The translations under genes were made by a program, and so were the position numbers. This document shows, in pieces, positions 35,860 through 49,144 of a stretch of 64,000 nt of DNA (its first letter is position 1; the number at the start of each line of letters is the position of its first letter). This DNA is from Vicugna vicugna (Eukaryota). The notes beneath the pieces were generated by a model, which was given only the letters and a program-made list of their open reading frames with translations, was not told the DNA's origin and searched no databases. The stretch spans positions 2,951,010 to 3,015,009 of the forward strand of contig MU058384.1 in assembly GCA_013265495.1 (NCBI GenBank), read 5' to 3'.

Positions 35860-36365
35860 TTTGAATTGAATTTTTAAATTGGTATGTAGTTGATTTACAA
35901 TGTTGTGTTAATTTCTGGTGTATAGCACAGTGATTCATTTATATATATATATGTATACACACAAACATATACATATATGTGTATATATATATTCCTTTTC
36001 ATATTCTTTTTCATTGTAGGACATTATAAGGTACTGAATATAGTTCTCTGTGCTATACAGTAGGACCTTGTTGTTTATCTGTTTTATATATAGTAGTTAG
36101 TATCTATGAGTCCTGAACTCCTATTTTATCCCTTCGCACTCCCTTTCCCTGCTGGTAACCATAAGTTTATTTTCTATGACAATGAGTCTGTCTCTGTTTT
36201 GTAAATAAGTTCATTATTTTCCTTCTCCTTTTTTTAATTCCACATATAACTGACATCATATGGTATTTTTCTTTCTCTTTCTGACTTCACTTAGTATGTT
36301 GATCTCCAGGTTCATCTATGTTGCTATGAATGACATTATTCTTTTTTATGGCTGAGTAGTATTCC

Positions 36366-36415
<50 letters not shown>

Positions 36416-36535
36416 TGTGTGTACATACACCCCACATCTTCTTTATCCAGTCATCATCTGTCAGTGGACATTTAGGTTGCTTCCATGTCTTGGATATTGT
36501 AAATAGTGCTGTTATGAACGTTGGGATGTATGTAT
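35860..36535 (-). mobile_element. Cetartiodactyl-type L1 3' end with internal (TG)n at 36368-36422
   Basis: tgatttacaatgttgtgttaatttctggtgtatagc...ggctgagtagtattccattg; similar to 63346-63893. Confidence 0.9.
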
Positions 36536-36599
36536 CTATCTTGTAACTGCTAAATTTGTACCAATTAAAAAGGTTAAAAGTAAAAGAAACAAAACACTC

Positions 36600-36822
36600 T
36601 CTCTGACATCATCCCTCCCACCAGCCATACTTTATTCTCTGATATTACTAATCTGCTTTACATCTCTCCCTGAAGTCACCACTCTGTGATGATCTCCTTT
36701 GTTTCTGCTAACCCCAGTAGAAGGGAGGATGGGAACCAATCTTATTTACCCTTGCATTCCCAGAACTTAGCATGATGCCTGTCAAATAGTAGGTGCTTAA
36801 TACATGTTAGATGGATGTATGG
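36600..36822 (+). mobile_element. L2 3' end
   Basis: cccagaacttagcatgatgcctgtcaaatagtaggtgcttaatacatgttagatgga. Confidence 0.7.
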
Positions 36823-37200
36823 ATTAAAAACATCCCAACACTTATGGCCGAACCACAGGTAGGAAGAGGCAAGAGATGGGTGTGTGATTGAAAAGGCCTG
36901 AATACTTTCTTCCAGAAGCTTGTCTTAGCACCTCAGATTCTTCCACCAGGGACTCTGCACTGGGGACAATGCCAGCTTGACACTCCTCATTATTCCATTG
37001 TTAGGTGTCAGCACCTCATCACAAAGGAATTCAGCTGAGTGGAGGGGAAGTGCAGGGCTGTAGAGGAAAGAAATAAAGGGGAAGGGGTATCTAGGGGTCT
37101 CTGCAGGTAAGGCAGTGCTCCTGGAGCAGCCAGAGTGCAGCTTCTTAGGGAGGCTTAAGGCAGTGTCAGGAGACTGAGGCTGTTGGTGAGAAGTGGGGAG

Positions 37201-37378
37201 CGTGGGTGGCTTCATGAAGGTAAGCCCAGTGCATTTGTACAGGACCCCCACACCTACAAGGGCCCGTGCTTGGTTTAACAGTCTATTATTACCATCTTGA
37301 AATTCTTAATAATTTTTGAACAAAGGACATTTCATTTTCATTTTGCGTGGGGCCTCCAAAATTATTTACCTGGTCCTG
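37201..37378 (+). mobile_element. MER91A (hAT-Tip100) DNA element
   Basis: gcttggtttaa...catcttgaaattcttaataatttttgaacaaagg...cattttcattttgc...ggtcctg. Confidence 0.85.
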
Positions 37379-37896
37379 GTTGGGAGTTACCAAATGGAAG
37401 ATAAGGGCACAGAGAGGAAGAGGAGCAGAGGCACAAGAAGAGTTATTTCATTTTCATGGTTTTGCATAAGGCCCTGGTGTCAAGCCTCAAGCCAGCAGAA
37501 TGGCTGGGAGGACCAAGGCAGTGGAGAAACCTGAGTGGCCACCAACTAATGTTTATGTGTCTTATACTTAGAGGCCAGCTTCTGAGACTTAAGGATGCAG
37601 GGCCTTTGGGAACCGGTCACCTGACTCCTTTACTAGACTGTGCAGTCTCCTTTTCTGCTGTGGCACTTCGCTAACACCATCTGGGTTGTCACTGATGGCC
37701 CAGGCTGTCTTCCTTTGAAACTGATGACCAAGAGCTGGTTGTCCTCTGTTAATGTCACATCACTGACCTTAGTAATATTCCAGGAGATAGCCAGATACAG
37801 GGGTCCTCATAGCTGTGCTGTCCACAAAGAGATGATGGCAGGAGAGATGCTGGGGAAATCATGCAACACATTAATCATAAAGTTGGACATTTTCAT

Positions 37897-37923
37897 CTTT
37901 CTCTCCCTTTCTTTCTTTCTTTC

Positions 37924-37979
<56 letters not shown>

Positions 37980-37981
37980 TC
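37897..37981. repeat. (TTTC)n tetranucleotide microsatellite
   Basis: Direct observation. Confidence 0.97.
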
Positions 37982-40900
37982 AATATAATCTGTGGCTGCA
38001 GCCTGCTGGGAAACAGTTGCAATCATTAATAACAGATCTGAGGACCTGTAAAATACCCTTCTGGCTGACACACTACGGTTAGGAGTGCCCTCCAATTCCT
38101 TTTGCATGATTTGAGACAAAAGATGACAATCTGCTTTATCTAATGCATTTCCTCAGTGAATTAATCATTAGCGTTGTCATCTTCCTTTCCAGATAAGAGT
38201 TCTTCACATAGAGCTCATCAAACACTGAAGTCTTTACATGTCTTGTTTTTCTCTTGGGTACATACTGGAGTGAGGACTGGTGGAACACTTTGTTCTTTGT
38301 AACCAAAATGAGGCTGAAAAAATGACAAGCAGTGCATGAAGGAAAGTCCCCTCTTTGTCATTTTTATGAACATCTTCATCAGCATTTAATATATTTGACT
38401 CTGGGCTAGGCTCAAAGAAAATCCAAAGATAATCCTTGTCTTCAGGGAAGTAATAGTATACTTCGTGGGAGAGCATGCACAGATACCTCCTCACCACTGA
38501 AAAGGGCCTGTCAGCTGCAGACATAAGGCACCCATGAGGGGTGGTGCAGAAATTGGTTATGCTACAAACATAATACAGTCAGGATCAGACAAGCTTTTAA
38601 TTTTAATTGAAAGAGCAAGACAGAGACTGTGATTCGAGGATTTGCTAGTCCTCAAATTAAATAGCAGGGCTCTTTCAGAGTATCGTTAAGTGAGAACAAC
38701 ACAGCACTGGTGGCCGAAGGGAACGCTATTGAATGTTTACTGTGCTATGATGCGCCGTGTCCTTTGCAAACGTTCTGTTATTTAATCTGCACTAGACACG
38801 TCACATGGCCGGCACTGGAGAAATATTTGTTTAATTATAGAGGATACAAATTTAAATCTTGTGCTTCCAAACAGAAATTTTGTTTGGCTTTTTCAGTCCT
38901 GTGGAAATCAATAGGTACAGTCATCAGAATAAAGTTTGTCTCCTTTCATCATCCTTCTCCAGTTACCGTCTCCCTCTGCTCCTCGCCTTTGGGGGTCATT
39001 TTCCTGAGATGGAGAGGGAAAAGGAGGCAGCTGCAGGGTTGATCTCCTCACTCTGGTTGGAGCTGGCTTTTCATTGCTCCAATAAGGAACTGGAAACATT
39101 TATGTTTAAAGGCTGCTTTATTTGTCCTCCTCCACCCCAAAAGGACGGTCTTTCAGCCTCAGCTTGCACAGTAAAGCTCACCAGGTCCTGCACTAGTCTA
39201 TTCAAGTTTGGAAACAAAAATTTTAAGAAAGTTATTCTATGTGTTGAATTACATAGCTGTCTCTTTTAAGTTCCTATAGACTGTCTTTGAACTTCTGGAG
39301 GGTTCTGTCTCCTTTATATCGCCAGCCCTTAGTGCTGGGCTGACAAAGAACAATGTGGAACAATGGAAAGCTGGAAAGAGGCCAGGTTATGAACACACTG
39401 GGATTTTGGGATGCTGGACTGGTCACAAGGATGATGCTCAGAATAAGAGGAACAGATCCTGGGAGAGATTGATGAGTTTGGGTTTGATATGTAAGCAACT
39501 GCAGCTATAAATAACAAACTAGAAAAATCCAATAGGCGTTCTGGAGCTGAGAAGAAAGTGAAAAAAACTAAGGAACAGATGAAATCATTCATCTAACAAG
39601 TGTATGGTGAAAGAAGAGAAAAATGGGGTAATTATAGTCCAAAGCAGTCTTGTCAATTAGGTTATCAATAAGTTAAGATTATATCATACTATTGTCATAA
39701 TGAGGTAAGAAATAATATTATGCTAGTAAGCCAATCATAAAGAACTGAGATGCAAAATCTGCATGAATGACTGATGCGAAAGTAAAATAAGAACATAAGT
39801 AGGAGAGAAAGAGGACAGGTTACCAGCAGCTGGCCTGAACCTGAGACTCAGCCGCGGGGTGGACATTAGCAGGTTACGAGATGGTGAGACTTACATCTTC
39901 ACACTTCACAGATGATAATAATTTGCCTGAAGAGAAAGAGAGAGATCTAGTAAGTTGTGGTTTCTTTGACTCTTGCAACTTGCCCCTTCCCAGAGACACC
40001 AGTCTATTTCCCTGGATCGGGAGACAGAATTCCCTGGAAAGGGATCAGTTGGTAAGACTTAGGAAGCACCTACTAACCTGTGATAAGCCTAGCCCAGTGC
40101 TGGCCTGGTGTGAACAACTAAAAGACTGGACGGGTGGACAGATGGATGGATAATAAAGATCATCAAAGGGTGAGAGTAGGGGTCTAATGCTCATTGTCTG
40201 TCACTCAGATGGCCCTTTGGACTGACTTACAAGATCTTTAGTAGGAGTCCTAAGGAGAGGGGCTCCAGATAAAGTCTGAAGGACTGTTCTCTACGATGAC
40301 ATAAACCCGGAGCACCTCATATAAATGACGTTGGCTCTCACATTGGGCAGAAGTGTTTTTCTCACCATGTCACAGTCCACGCCCTGGCAGCACTGGTTTA
40401 GAGGGCCCCGCATATGAACACTTTGGGTTCTGGAAGTCTTTGGCTCAGTGTGGCATTGCTGGGTCTACAGAATTTTGATGAAGGATAATTCAGATAGATG
40501 TTAGTGGCATGTGGTACGAGTGTCCCTGAAAGGTGAATTTATAGAGAGTTGTAATATACACATAACTTCTAAAATATACAAAGAACATACAACTTCAGTT
40601 TTTACAACTGATTTGAGCGTCTGCAAGAGTCCCTACCCCTTGGTAGCAGATATGAGGAAAAATTGTGAAAGACTTTGAAATGGACAAAAAAGGTCCCTGT
40701 CCTATCTAGTCCACCCCTCTGGGTTACCTCTGCCTTTCATTGACTTTGAGCTAATTTATAGCTCTGCGGGTTGTAGAGCACTGAAAGTGATGCAGATGTC
40801 CCGTGCAAATTGTGTGTGGTGGAGATGCACTTCATTATTGCCCTTTGGATATTGACCAGTTTTTGGTATTCATTTCAGTCTTCCTGATGTCCGAAATATG

Positions 40901-43773
40901 TGTGTGTGTGTTTGAAATCTCCTTTGAGATGGCTATAAAATCTTGCTAGTTTCCTCATAACTTGAGTTAATAAAATCTTTAACTCATGAGAGTCATGATT
41001 TTATACTTATAAAAATTTATCTTTTAACAAAAGGGAAAAGACTTTAAGTATGACAATTTATGATGTTATCTCTTCTAGTTTAGTTTGTTTTGGGAAACTG
41101 CTCCTTTTTCACTTCACTTTCCACCTACTGCACCTTCCAAAGGTGGTATCTTGATGTCAGGGGGATGAGGCTCATGTGACTTGTGGTGAGGGGAGAGAGA
41201 CAAGATCTGGGAGTCACATGGTGCCTGCGTAGTCATTTGGCCATTATCTGGGTACCTCTCACAGGAGACTGTGGACCCAGGCATCTTCACCACAGGTCTC
41301 GGTGTTCCTCAGTGTGGCCCATGGGAACCTCTAGGTGCAGAATGTGTTCTCTGCAGACTATGGGAATTCCGGACTGCTGCCTCAGGTATCTCATTAAGCT
41401 GCTGTTCTCAACCAGTGCTGTGCTGTGGCTCCTTTTCCAGGCTGATGGGGCTGCATCCCAGATGCACTGTTAGCCCACAGTGATCTCAGTCTTTCCTATA
41501 CCCATATGGGCATTTCTGCCATCAAAGTGTTGGCTTACAAGTCTGAACCTTCAGCCCTCTCTGTCTCTCTTCTTCCTGTCATCCACCAAGACGCAGTGGG
41601 CAGGCATTCCACATCCTCTTGCTGTCTAATCAAACCTCCCCCTGCACTATGCCCTTCTGAAGTGTCACTCACTCTCCTCCTTTCTCCTTGGACATAGTGG
41701 CAGAATGGCCATTAAATACATGATATATGGGAAAGGAGGTCTTTCCCATATAAACAAAAATCCATTGATGTCTTAGATTCAAAACGTTATCACTATTACA
41801 TAGGGTACTGGAGTTCTCATAAGCAGAAATCATCACTAGAAGACAGAGCCAAGGGAAGAGAGAGAAACTGAAAACCAGAAAACCGTTGAGAAGGATACTT
41901 AAACAAGGACAGCTAAGACACCCTCGGGGACAGCCCTTGTGAGTTTGAACAATGCAGTATCTTTATGAAGACTCTTGCATAGAAAGTAATCATTCTGAAC
42001 CACCATCAAAAAAGCCTATTAATTTATTTTGGGATTTTAGGCCTCTAAAATCCCATTTGACTCCCTACAAATAACTGCATTTTTAAAAATTTGCTCTTAA
42101 ACCACATGCTTAATAATAGGAAATTTGCCAAGAATAAATAGCTCATTATTCTGCAGAACTGTTTCTATTTTCTGCTCATTAATTTAAAAAAAAAAGGACA
42201 TTTTGCTATTTCAATTTTCTTGAATTTTTCCTATTGCCCCTAATATCAGAAAAAGAGAGAGAGTGATTCTAATATTATACGGACTTCCAACAGGCAAATA
42301 ATATTCTCAAAAAGTATCAATTTCCATCAAATTCTGAGTACTCATATGAAGTATTCACATGCAGTGTGCTGAGAAGACCCTAGGGTTTCTGGACGTTATC
42401 TTCCTTTTCCTCCCAAAGGAGACAGATATCGTGTTGGTAGGATGGGAGTTTGGGGAGCTGGACAGTAGTCATAACGACACTTCCTTAGATAATTTTGTTG
42501 TTGCATGCGGGTTAAGCAGCTCCTTACAGAACGTCACAGCAAGAAGTGGTGGGGAAAATGAGATCATATAACGGAACAGTAAACGATTCTTCAATCTAGT
42601 GTAATCAGTGTCAACCAGATATAATTTCCTAGGAATTACGTGACCTTATAAAATAAACTTTTCTACACACACATTCACTCTTAATCATCCTGGAAATAAA
42701 TGATTGAGTCTTTCTTCATGCAGAATATATGTGTTGGACTTAATCTCAGAGGAAGTCAGTGGCTAATGGTTTTTTCCATTAATGGTAAAGAGAGAGACCC
42801 AAGACTGGTTTCTTAGTAGCTTATACTATACCAGCCAGTTTAGTCCTTGTCCTATAAAATAAATGCAGATTCAGATCTTTATTGACTATACCCATATAGC
42901 TCACACATGGAGGTATATGTTGTACTGACCTACGTCTGTATACGTACCTCTCCACATAAAAACATTAACTCAGAAATTGGTGTTGTTTTAAACCATGGAA
43001 TATCTGTCATCATCCTCAAACATTTATGAGGATCCTTTCTGAGCCAGACAAGAGAGATAGGAAGATGGAAAGGAGGGAGTCTCCGTGGTCCAGGAAAGTG
43101 TACTCTAGTTGGACATTGGCTGATTCTCCCAGAATGTGGGTCATCGCACACTGCACTTCCCTGACCTCAGGCCTCTGCCCCACTGCACCAAATACAAAAC
43201 AATCTCAGCACAGCCTGGCCCTGGGAGGGCTCTGTTTTCTGGAAGCTAGGGTGGGATCGCTCATGTTCTGCCGTCATCGTAAATTGCTTTCCTATACTCA
43301 GTCTTTATTGTTTACCACGTTGCATGGCAGCATTGACTGCCTCTGGTTGCTTGTTTCTCATACAGTTATTTGTTTAGAATTGACAAATTTAAGAGCACTG
43401 AATTTGAACTCAGATGAAGACTCTAAAAATCACAGTCCTTATTTTCATAAACATCAAGCTTGCTTCGAGGTCACTGTCATCACACCATGGGTCCACAGTG
43501 ATCAGAGGGATAGTAGTGTTGGTGACGGTGATGACTCTATGGCTGTTGGTGAGCTGGGCTCTGAGCAATACCTCATGAGACCAGTAGCCAATGAGGTTAG
43601 ATGCTTCGTTTCAGACAGCCTCATGTTGAATCTACAGGTGGTGTAGAAGTGAGCAGGAGAGGTGAGCCCTGGATCTGGACACATGTGGCTGACCTTGGGG
43701 GCCCGCCCCATGAGGGACTGTCTGGCTCCTGGCAGTAGTTCAGAGCTAGAGTTGTTTTGGATGACTGGTCAGC

Positions 43774-44284
43774 TGTAGGGAAGGGAAGAAAAACCCTTTT
43801 TTCTCTATCCTCCTAGGTTCTCAGGCTGGGGCCTTACAAATTAGACTGATGAAAGATATATTAACAAGAGAAAAACAGAGTGGGAGAACTCAGTGATGAG
43901 TAACTCAAAGAGGTCGTTAGAACTGGGACTTATGTAGCATCTTAGTGAAAAACAGTAACTTTGTAAAGAAATGACAAGACAAAAGATAAAGGAGCTTAGA
44001 TTGTTAGGGGTGGCAAACTGTAGGAAAGTAAATGTATGGGGGAAACTAATGAAAAATAAAGACTGTTTTAGTAAAATTGGTTATATAGAGTCTCTGGTGT
44101 CGTCTCTGGGCCAATGAGAGTCTAAAGTTGTCTCCTGTGATTAAGACTCACCCTGCCCTTCCTGGTAGAGAAGGGGAGGCAAGAGAGATTTCCTTGTGTC
44201 CGCTTCTTGCCAGTTGCCTTCAGCTCAAAATCATCCTTCTGCCAAAGAGGTAGGTTTCAGGGTGGCATAGTCTCATCTCCTGCA
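43774..44284 (-). mobile_element. ERV1 solo LTR, MER34-like
   Basis: TG...CA termini with perfect 4-bp TSD cagc at 43770-43773 and 44285-44288. Confidence 0.9.
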
Positions 44285-44439
44285 CAGCTCAGGAAAAGGC
44301 GAGCACGGCAACCACAGTTTTGTTTTGTCCTGGTTCTCATACAAGAAGCATGAGCTCTAATCTGAAAGGTATTAAAGATGCTGCCTTGAAGAATTTTGCC
44401 ACGATGCTGGGGTGCCATGTGGTCTAGCAGACGGCATGA

Positions 44440-44830
44440 TGGTGGCTAGCATTTATTAAGTGCTTCCCACTTGCCAGGGGCGTGGCTAAGGACTTTCACA
44501 TGTACAACATTTGGTCCTCATCCCAACCTGCTGTAGGAGGTACTGTTTTCATTCCTTTTACAGATGAGATCCTTGGAGTGTAAATAAATTTACTTGCCCA
44601 AGGTCTAGAGTTAGGGGTGGTGCCAAGGTTGGAATCTGAACAGTCCCTTCGTTCAATGGAGCCAGCTCAGTTAAAGCTCACCCAGTGCCATGCTAGACAT
44701 TACTACAGCCCCATTTTCACATACAAGGAAATGCAGGGAAAGAGGGACCATAGCTAGCCCCATGGAGGGTGATGACCGAGCTCAGGTTTGAACTCAGGTA
44801 CACCAGACTCTGGAACCTGCCTCCTCCTTG
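44440..44830 (-). mobile_element. Two MIR fragments
   Basis: agcatttattaagtgctt...ttttacagatgag...acttgcccaagg; cccattttcacatacaaggaaatg...ggtttgaactcagg. Confidence 0.75.
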
Positions 44831-44919
44831 TCAGCACAGCACTGTCCCCTGAGAGAGGCCTCTGCCCCTCATTCTGAGATGTCTTTCAGGGACTTGGAGA
44901 TATTGGCCACCATAAGCAT

Positions 44920-45484
44920 AAAACTACTCTATAGTCAATAGTCAATAATTATGTAATATCTTTGGATGGTTGACAGATCTTAACTAGACTTATCGTGGTG
45001 ATCATTTTGTAATGTAGAGAAATATCAAATTACTATGTTGTATGTATCAGGAACTAACATGGTTTTGTAGGTGAATTATACTTCAAAATAAACAAAGAAA
45101 TTCATAGAAAAAGAGATCAAATTTGCAGTTACCAGAGGCAGAGGCTGGGGAAGGGGGAATTGAATGAAAGCAGTCAACAGTTACAAACTTCCAGTTATAA
45201 GATAACTAAGTACTAGGGGTATAATGTACAACATGATAAATATAATAAACTCTGCTGTGTGTTACATGGGAAAGATGTTGAGAGAGTAAATCCTAAGAGG
45301 TCTCATCACAAGAAAAATAAACTTTTTTTATTTCTTTAATTTTGTATCTGTATGAGATGATGGATATTCACTAAACTTACTGAGGTCATTTCATGATGTA
45401 TGGAAGTCAAATCATGCTGTCCACCTTAAATGTATGTAAAGCTTTATGTCAATTACATCTCAAGAAAGCTGGAAGGAAAAAAAA
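44920..45484 (+). mobile_element. L1MA9-like 3'UTR
   Basis: tacaaacttccagttataagata...tcctaagaggtctcatcacaag...atgtcaattacatctcaagaaagctggaaggaaaaaaaa. Confidence 0.85.
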
Positions 45485-46029
45485 TGACCCTTTCCCTACT
45501 TTCTGCTTAGGAAATTGACAATGTGTTTGGAATTGGATGCTCTTTTTGCTACCTCTCCCCGCACTGTTCTCTATACTATATTAGTTTCCATCTTTCCATC
45601 CCTCCACTTAGCTCGTGACTGAACCCTGTGTCTTGTGTTCCGGGCACCCAGCAGCGCCTGGCACAGAGCTTGCACTGAGAACATGGTTGGCCACCTAGGG
45701 AAAAATGACCATGAATCACGTGTCATCCTCCCAGAGAACTTAGCATCAACAGGGGTCGCACATGCAATAAACTGGAAGAGAGGCTGAAGGTGAGAGATTC
45801 AGGCAAAACAGCAACCCCTGGGCACGTACAATCCTCCCTGTCCTCAGGGCGTAGCTCTACAGAACAGTCTGGAAGCCTCACTGCGGGCTCTAGATCTGGT
45901 GTGCCTGAGAACAGGAGGGGTATACCAGGGGTTTGGTGTCCCAAAGGCAACTCTGCTGCAGCACCCCCTCGGGCAGAGCTGTGGACAGCATTCTCCTGAT
46001 CGCACTAAATTCTAGTTCTTTTGTGAAAA

Positions 46030-46215
46030 AGCATAAGATTAGGAGTCAAGAGTCTCCCCTGCTCACCACTTACCAGCTGTGTGAGTTTAGAAGTCGCTTT
46101 GCCTCCCTACGTCTTCCTTCTATCATCTCTAAACTAGGAATTGTAATAATATATGGCCTGACTACCTCATGGGGTTATGGAGATCAAAAAAGATTGTAAA
46201 GGTGAGAATTCTTTG
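46030..46215 (+). mobile_element. MIR SINE
   Basis: caccacttaccagctgtgtgagttt...tacctcatggggttatggagatc. Confidence 0.7.
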
Positions 46216-47034
46216 TCAACCTGAGCACTCTGCTTGTCTAAGGTGTTATCTTTACCTGCGTCTTCGCTCTGCCCGAGGTGGTGACTGATGTGTATAGATC
46301 CCTTTGATAGCTCTTAGGAAATTCCTGGCAGTCCTGACACTCAGGGGGAGCTCACTTTTCTCTGGATTTTAAGGCATGTGGGGAGATTCTCCTTATGAAA
46401 TTTCTTACAACATTTTCTGTCTCTTGGGTTTTTTTATTTTTTTAATCTGTAAAATGGATGTTTGATGTGCCTCTAGGCCAGTAAGGCAAAACCACATCCC
46501 TCTTATCTGTTCGGAGAAGGAGGCCAAATTACAAGTTCTGTGAGAAGGAGCGTCTTATTTCCTTTCCTTGCTGAGGCTAAGGCTTCAAACGGCGCTAACC
46601 AAGCGGACCCCCTAGTGCATCAGTGCGAGGGCAGGTGGCTCCACTGCAGTTCAGCACTTTGTGAGTAGGGAAAGGAGTTCCTTTGCAACACGGAAGGGAG
46701 AAGGGGCCTGGGGAAAAAGGGCCTGGGTATTCGAGAGCGGCCTGGAAAAGTGGCAGGAAGTGGGAAAGGCTGGGGAGAGCCTGGATGGAGCAAAGAGGGA
46801 GTCTGGATGGGGGCACGGCTGGTCTAGGCTGGGATCCTGGGAGCAAACTCAGTGCCTCAGGTCCTGCTCTCACACCTAATTCCTGTTAGTTGCTACTGAC
46901 AGGAATAATTTTTCTTCCTTCAGACGTCATGTTTTCAATCATGTAAAAAACAGTTGTGATATTTTTGCAATAGCTAGTGAAGGTGAGAGGTAGGCAAAGG
47001 CATCCTTGCTCCAGATCAAGGTTCTGTTTCTTAC

Positions 47035-47301
47035 CTGGACCAGACGTCTGAAAGCCTCAGGATAGACTCATGCTGAGTCTTACTAGCTTCGGGTTTCCTA
47101 TGGGGAGAGCTTGTGGGACCGGTGCTCATCTGGCCAGAGAATGTGAACTTTATCAGTTTTGTGTTTGAGAAATGCTCTCTTATCCTCCCCAGGCTGCTGG
47201 AACCCGAGATCACACTGTGCTCACACTTATTGTCTCTACTCAGCCCAGTACAGCACCTGAGGCTAGAATGAGGTTTCTCGCCTTGAAGGTAGTCTAAAGA
47301 C
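47035..47301 (-). other. Candidate exon (267 nt, phase 2/2, open frame) of an unknown transcript
   Basis: Acceptor ctgatttctttccttttag|G, donor CAG|gtaaga. Confidence 0.3.
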
Positions 47302-47329
47302 CTAAAAGGAAAGAAATCAGACATTTTTT

Positions 47330-48380
47330 AGGCTTATGAGGGGATTTAGAAAGATCTAACCCAACAACTGATTTTTTTTCCACAAAAGGAAACTGAGTTT
47401 CAGAGAGGTGACTGCCATGTAAGGTTGAGCAGGTTGTTCACTGCTCAGTTCTAGGGATGCCAGTTGCACTGTTGTCATTAAAGACTTTTTTTCCCTCTAA
47501 GGGTGGTTCAGTGTCCTAAGGAATGGGTGCCTTTCCCTGGTGTGCATGAGGGCACCATATGGACTAGAAGCTGTGTTGCTCTGGGGAGGAAATTGACTTA
47601 TTCAAGGGATAAAAAGGGGGAAATATTTCCTATTTACTGCCATTCCTGTCAGCTGATTAAAGTCATTCAGACTATGGTTTAGTAACATTTACTGAGCATT
47701 TTCTATGTAGGCACAGTTATCATCCCTATTTCACACAGGGGCAAAATGAGACGAAAAGAGGTCAAGCAATTTTCTAAAGGTCACACAGTCAAGACAGTAA
47801 GTGGAAGAATCAGCATTTGAACCAAGGTAGTCTGGCTCCAGTATCTATACTCTTAATTAGCTCAATTACCAAGACTGTATCTCTTCATTTCAGTAAGGAC
47901 ATTATTAACCCCGAGGCGTCTCCAGTGGAATGAGTTGAGGGGGAGTGTATAACCACTTGCAACTCGTGACTTCAATTCTAAGTTGTCCAGCAAGGAGAAT
48001 AAAACTAGGAGGCACCTTATGGCTGCATCTCTCACCTCCCCACCCTCTTACCTTTAGTTCCAGACTTGGTCTTGGTTTGCATGTGTTTTATAGATATGAC
48101 TGCAACATCAGAGAATCCTGAAGTTTTCCCGTTACACTGAGTTTTCTTAAATGATGGTGAACATAATAGTCAGTTACATTTGATTAATTCTTTAGTTTAC
48201 AAAGGGCCTTCATGTTTATTTCCTCATTTGAGCTTCTTAACAACTTAGGTAAGGAAAGTGTTATTAGCCCATATTACAAACAGGAAACTGAAGTTCAAAG
48301 AATTTCCAGAGGGACGGAGGTAGAGACGGTTCTCAACTCAGATATTCTGGCTCTTCGTTCCATGTTTCTTACCCTAGATT
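47330..48380 (-). mobile_element. Three MIR fragments (~47330-47450, 47680-47855, 48175-48375)
   Basis: ggaaactgagtttcagagaggtga; aacatttactgagc...aaggtcacacag...tttgaaccaagg; cccatattacaaacaggaaactgaag. Confidence 0.7.
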
Positions 48381-49047
48381 CTCTATGGATAGCTACACAG
48401 TGGTGTGAATCTGGCTGTATAAATATTTTAAATTTTATTTTGGTTGAAATATGTGATTTTGAAAAGCACTTTGCTGGACACAGGATTTCCATGTGAGTTT
48501 TGTCATATTTTCTGGGATAATATAGGTCCAGTCTGTAGTGATTTATTGGTGACACAAGCTTTGGGATGACTTGGCATCACTGCCGTCGGGACTCCCTGGG
48601 AAATGAATTTTCCCACTCTGTTGACTTTATTTACTTATATAATCAGTTCCAAAAACTTTAAGGCTCACTATTTTTCTGCCTCTGGTGGGACCTTTATGAA
48701 ATTTCCCCATTTTCTTTTCTAGGAATTTCAAGTTAGTCACTACCCTTTGCCATGACTTTTGAGATTTTATATACACCATCCTCAATAGCACAAAAAGAAA
48801 TTCCCACACAGGAAGGCCACAGACAGCAAACAAACGCCCTCAACATTCAGGCATTTGAGTGACTAAGCTGATCAAAGTGTGTTTAAAATGTAATATTCAA
48901 CCAGGAACTTGAAATTCCCTGCAGACTTCAAAATCTGTCTTATTTCTGTGTATCCTCTCCAATGTTCTATAGTTATTTTCATTAAAGGGAAAACCCAACA
49001 TTAGAAAGCATACATATTAATAGGAATGGGAAACCAAATTTTCTTAC

Positions 49048-49144
49048 CTTCCCAGTTAAAGTTGTCTTGACCATTAACTAATTTCCTCTCTCATTCCCCC
49101 CAATTTTATGAAATGCTCTTGGTCTCACGTCCATTGGAACATCT
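49048..49144 (-). other. Candidate non-coding exon (97 nt)
   Basis: Acceptor atttttgtttcttcag|A, donor AAG|gtaaga; stops in all three frames. Confidence 0.25.

Noticed and set aside
37807..38119. ERKKERK-rich and SFFL-rich ORFs
   Set aside because: Translation of the (TTTC)n microsatellite
43026..43646. Longest ORF (206 aa)
   Set aside because: No recognisable domain and composition looks like random translation; ORFs of this size are expected occasionally by chance
45961..46618. CTCF-like sites (gcaccccctcgggc 45961-45974; ggaccccctagtgc 46605-46618)
   Set aside because: Both miss highly conserved core positions; cannot be supported without PWM scoring or ChIP
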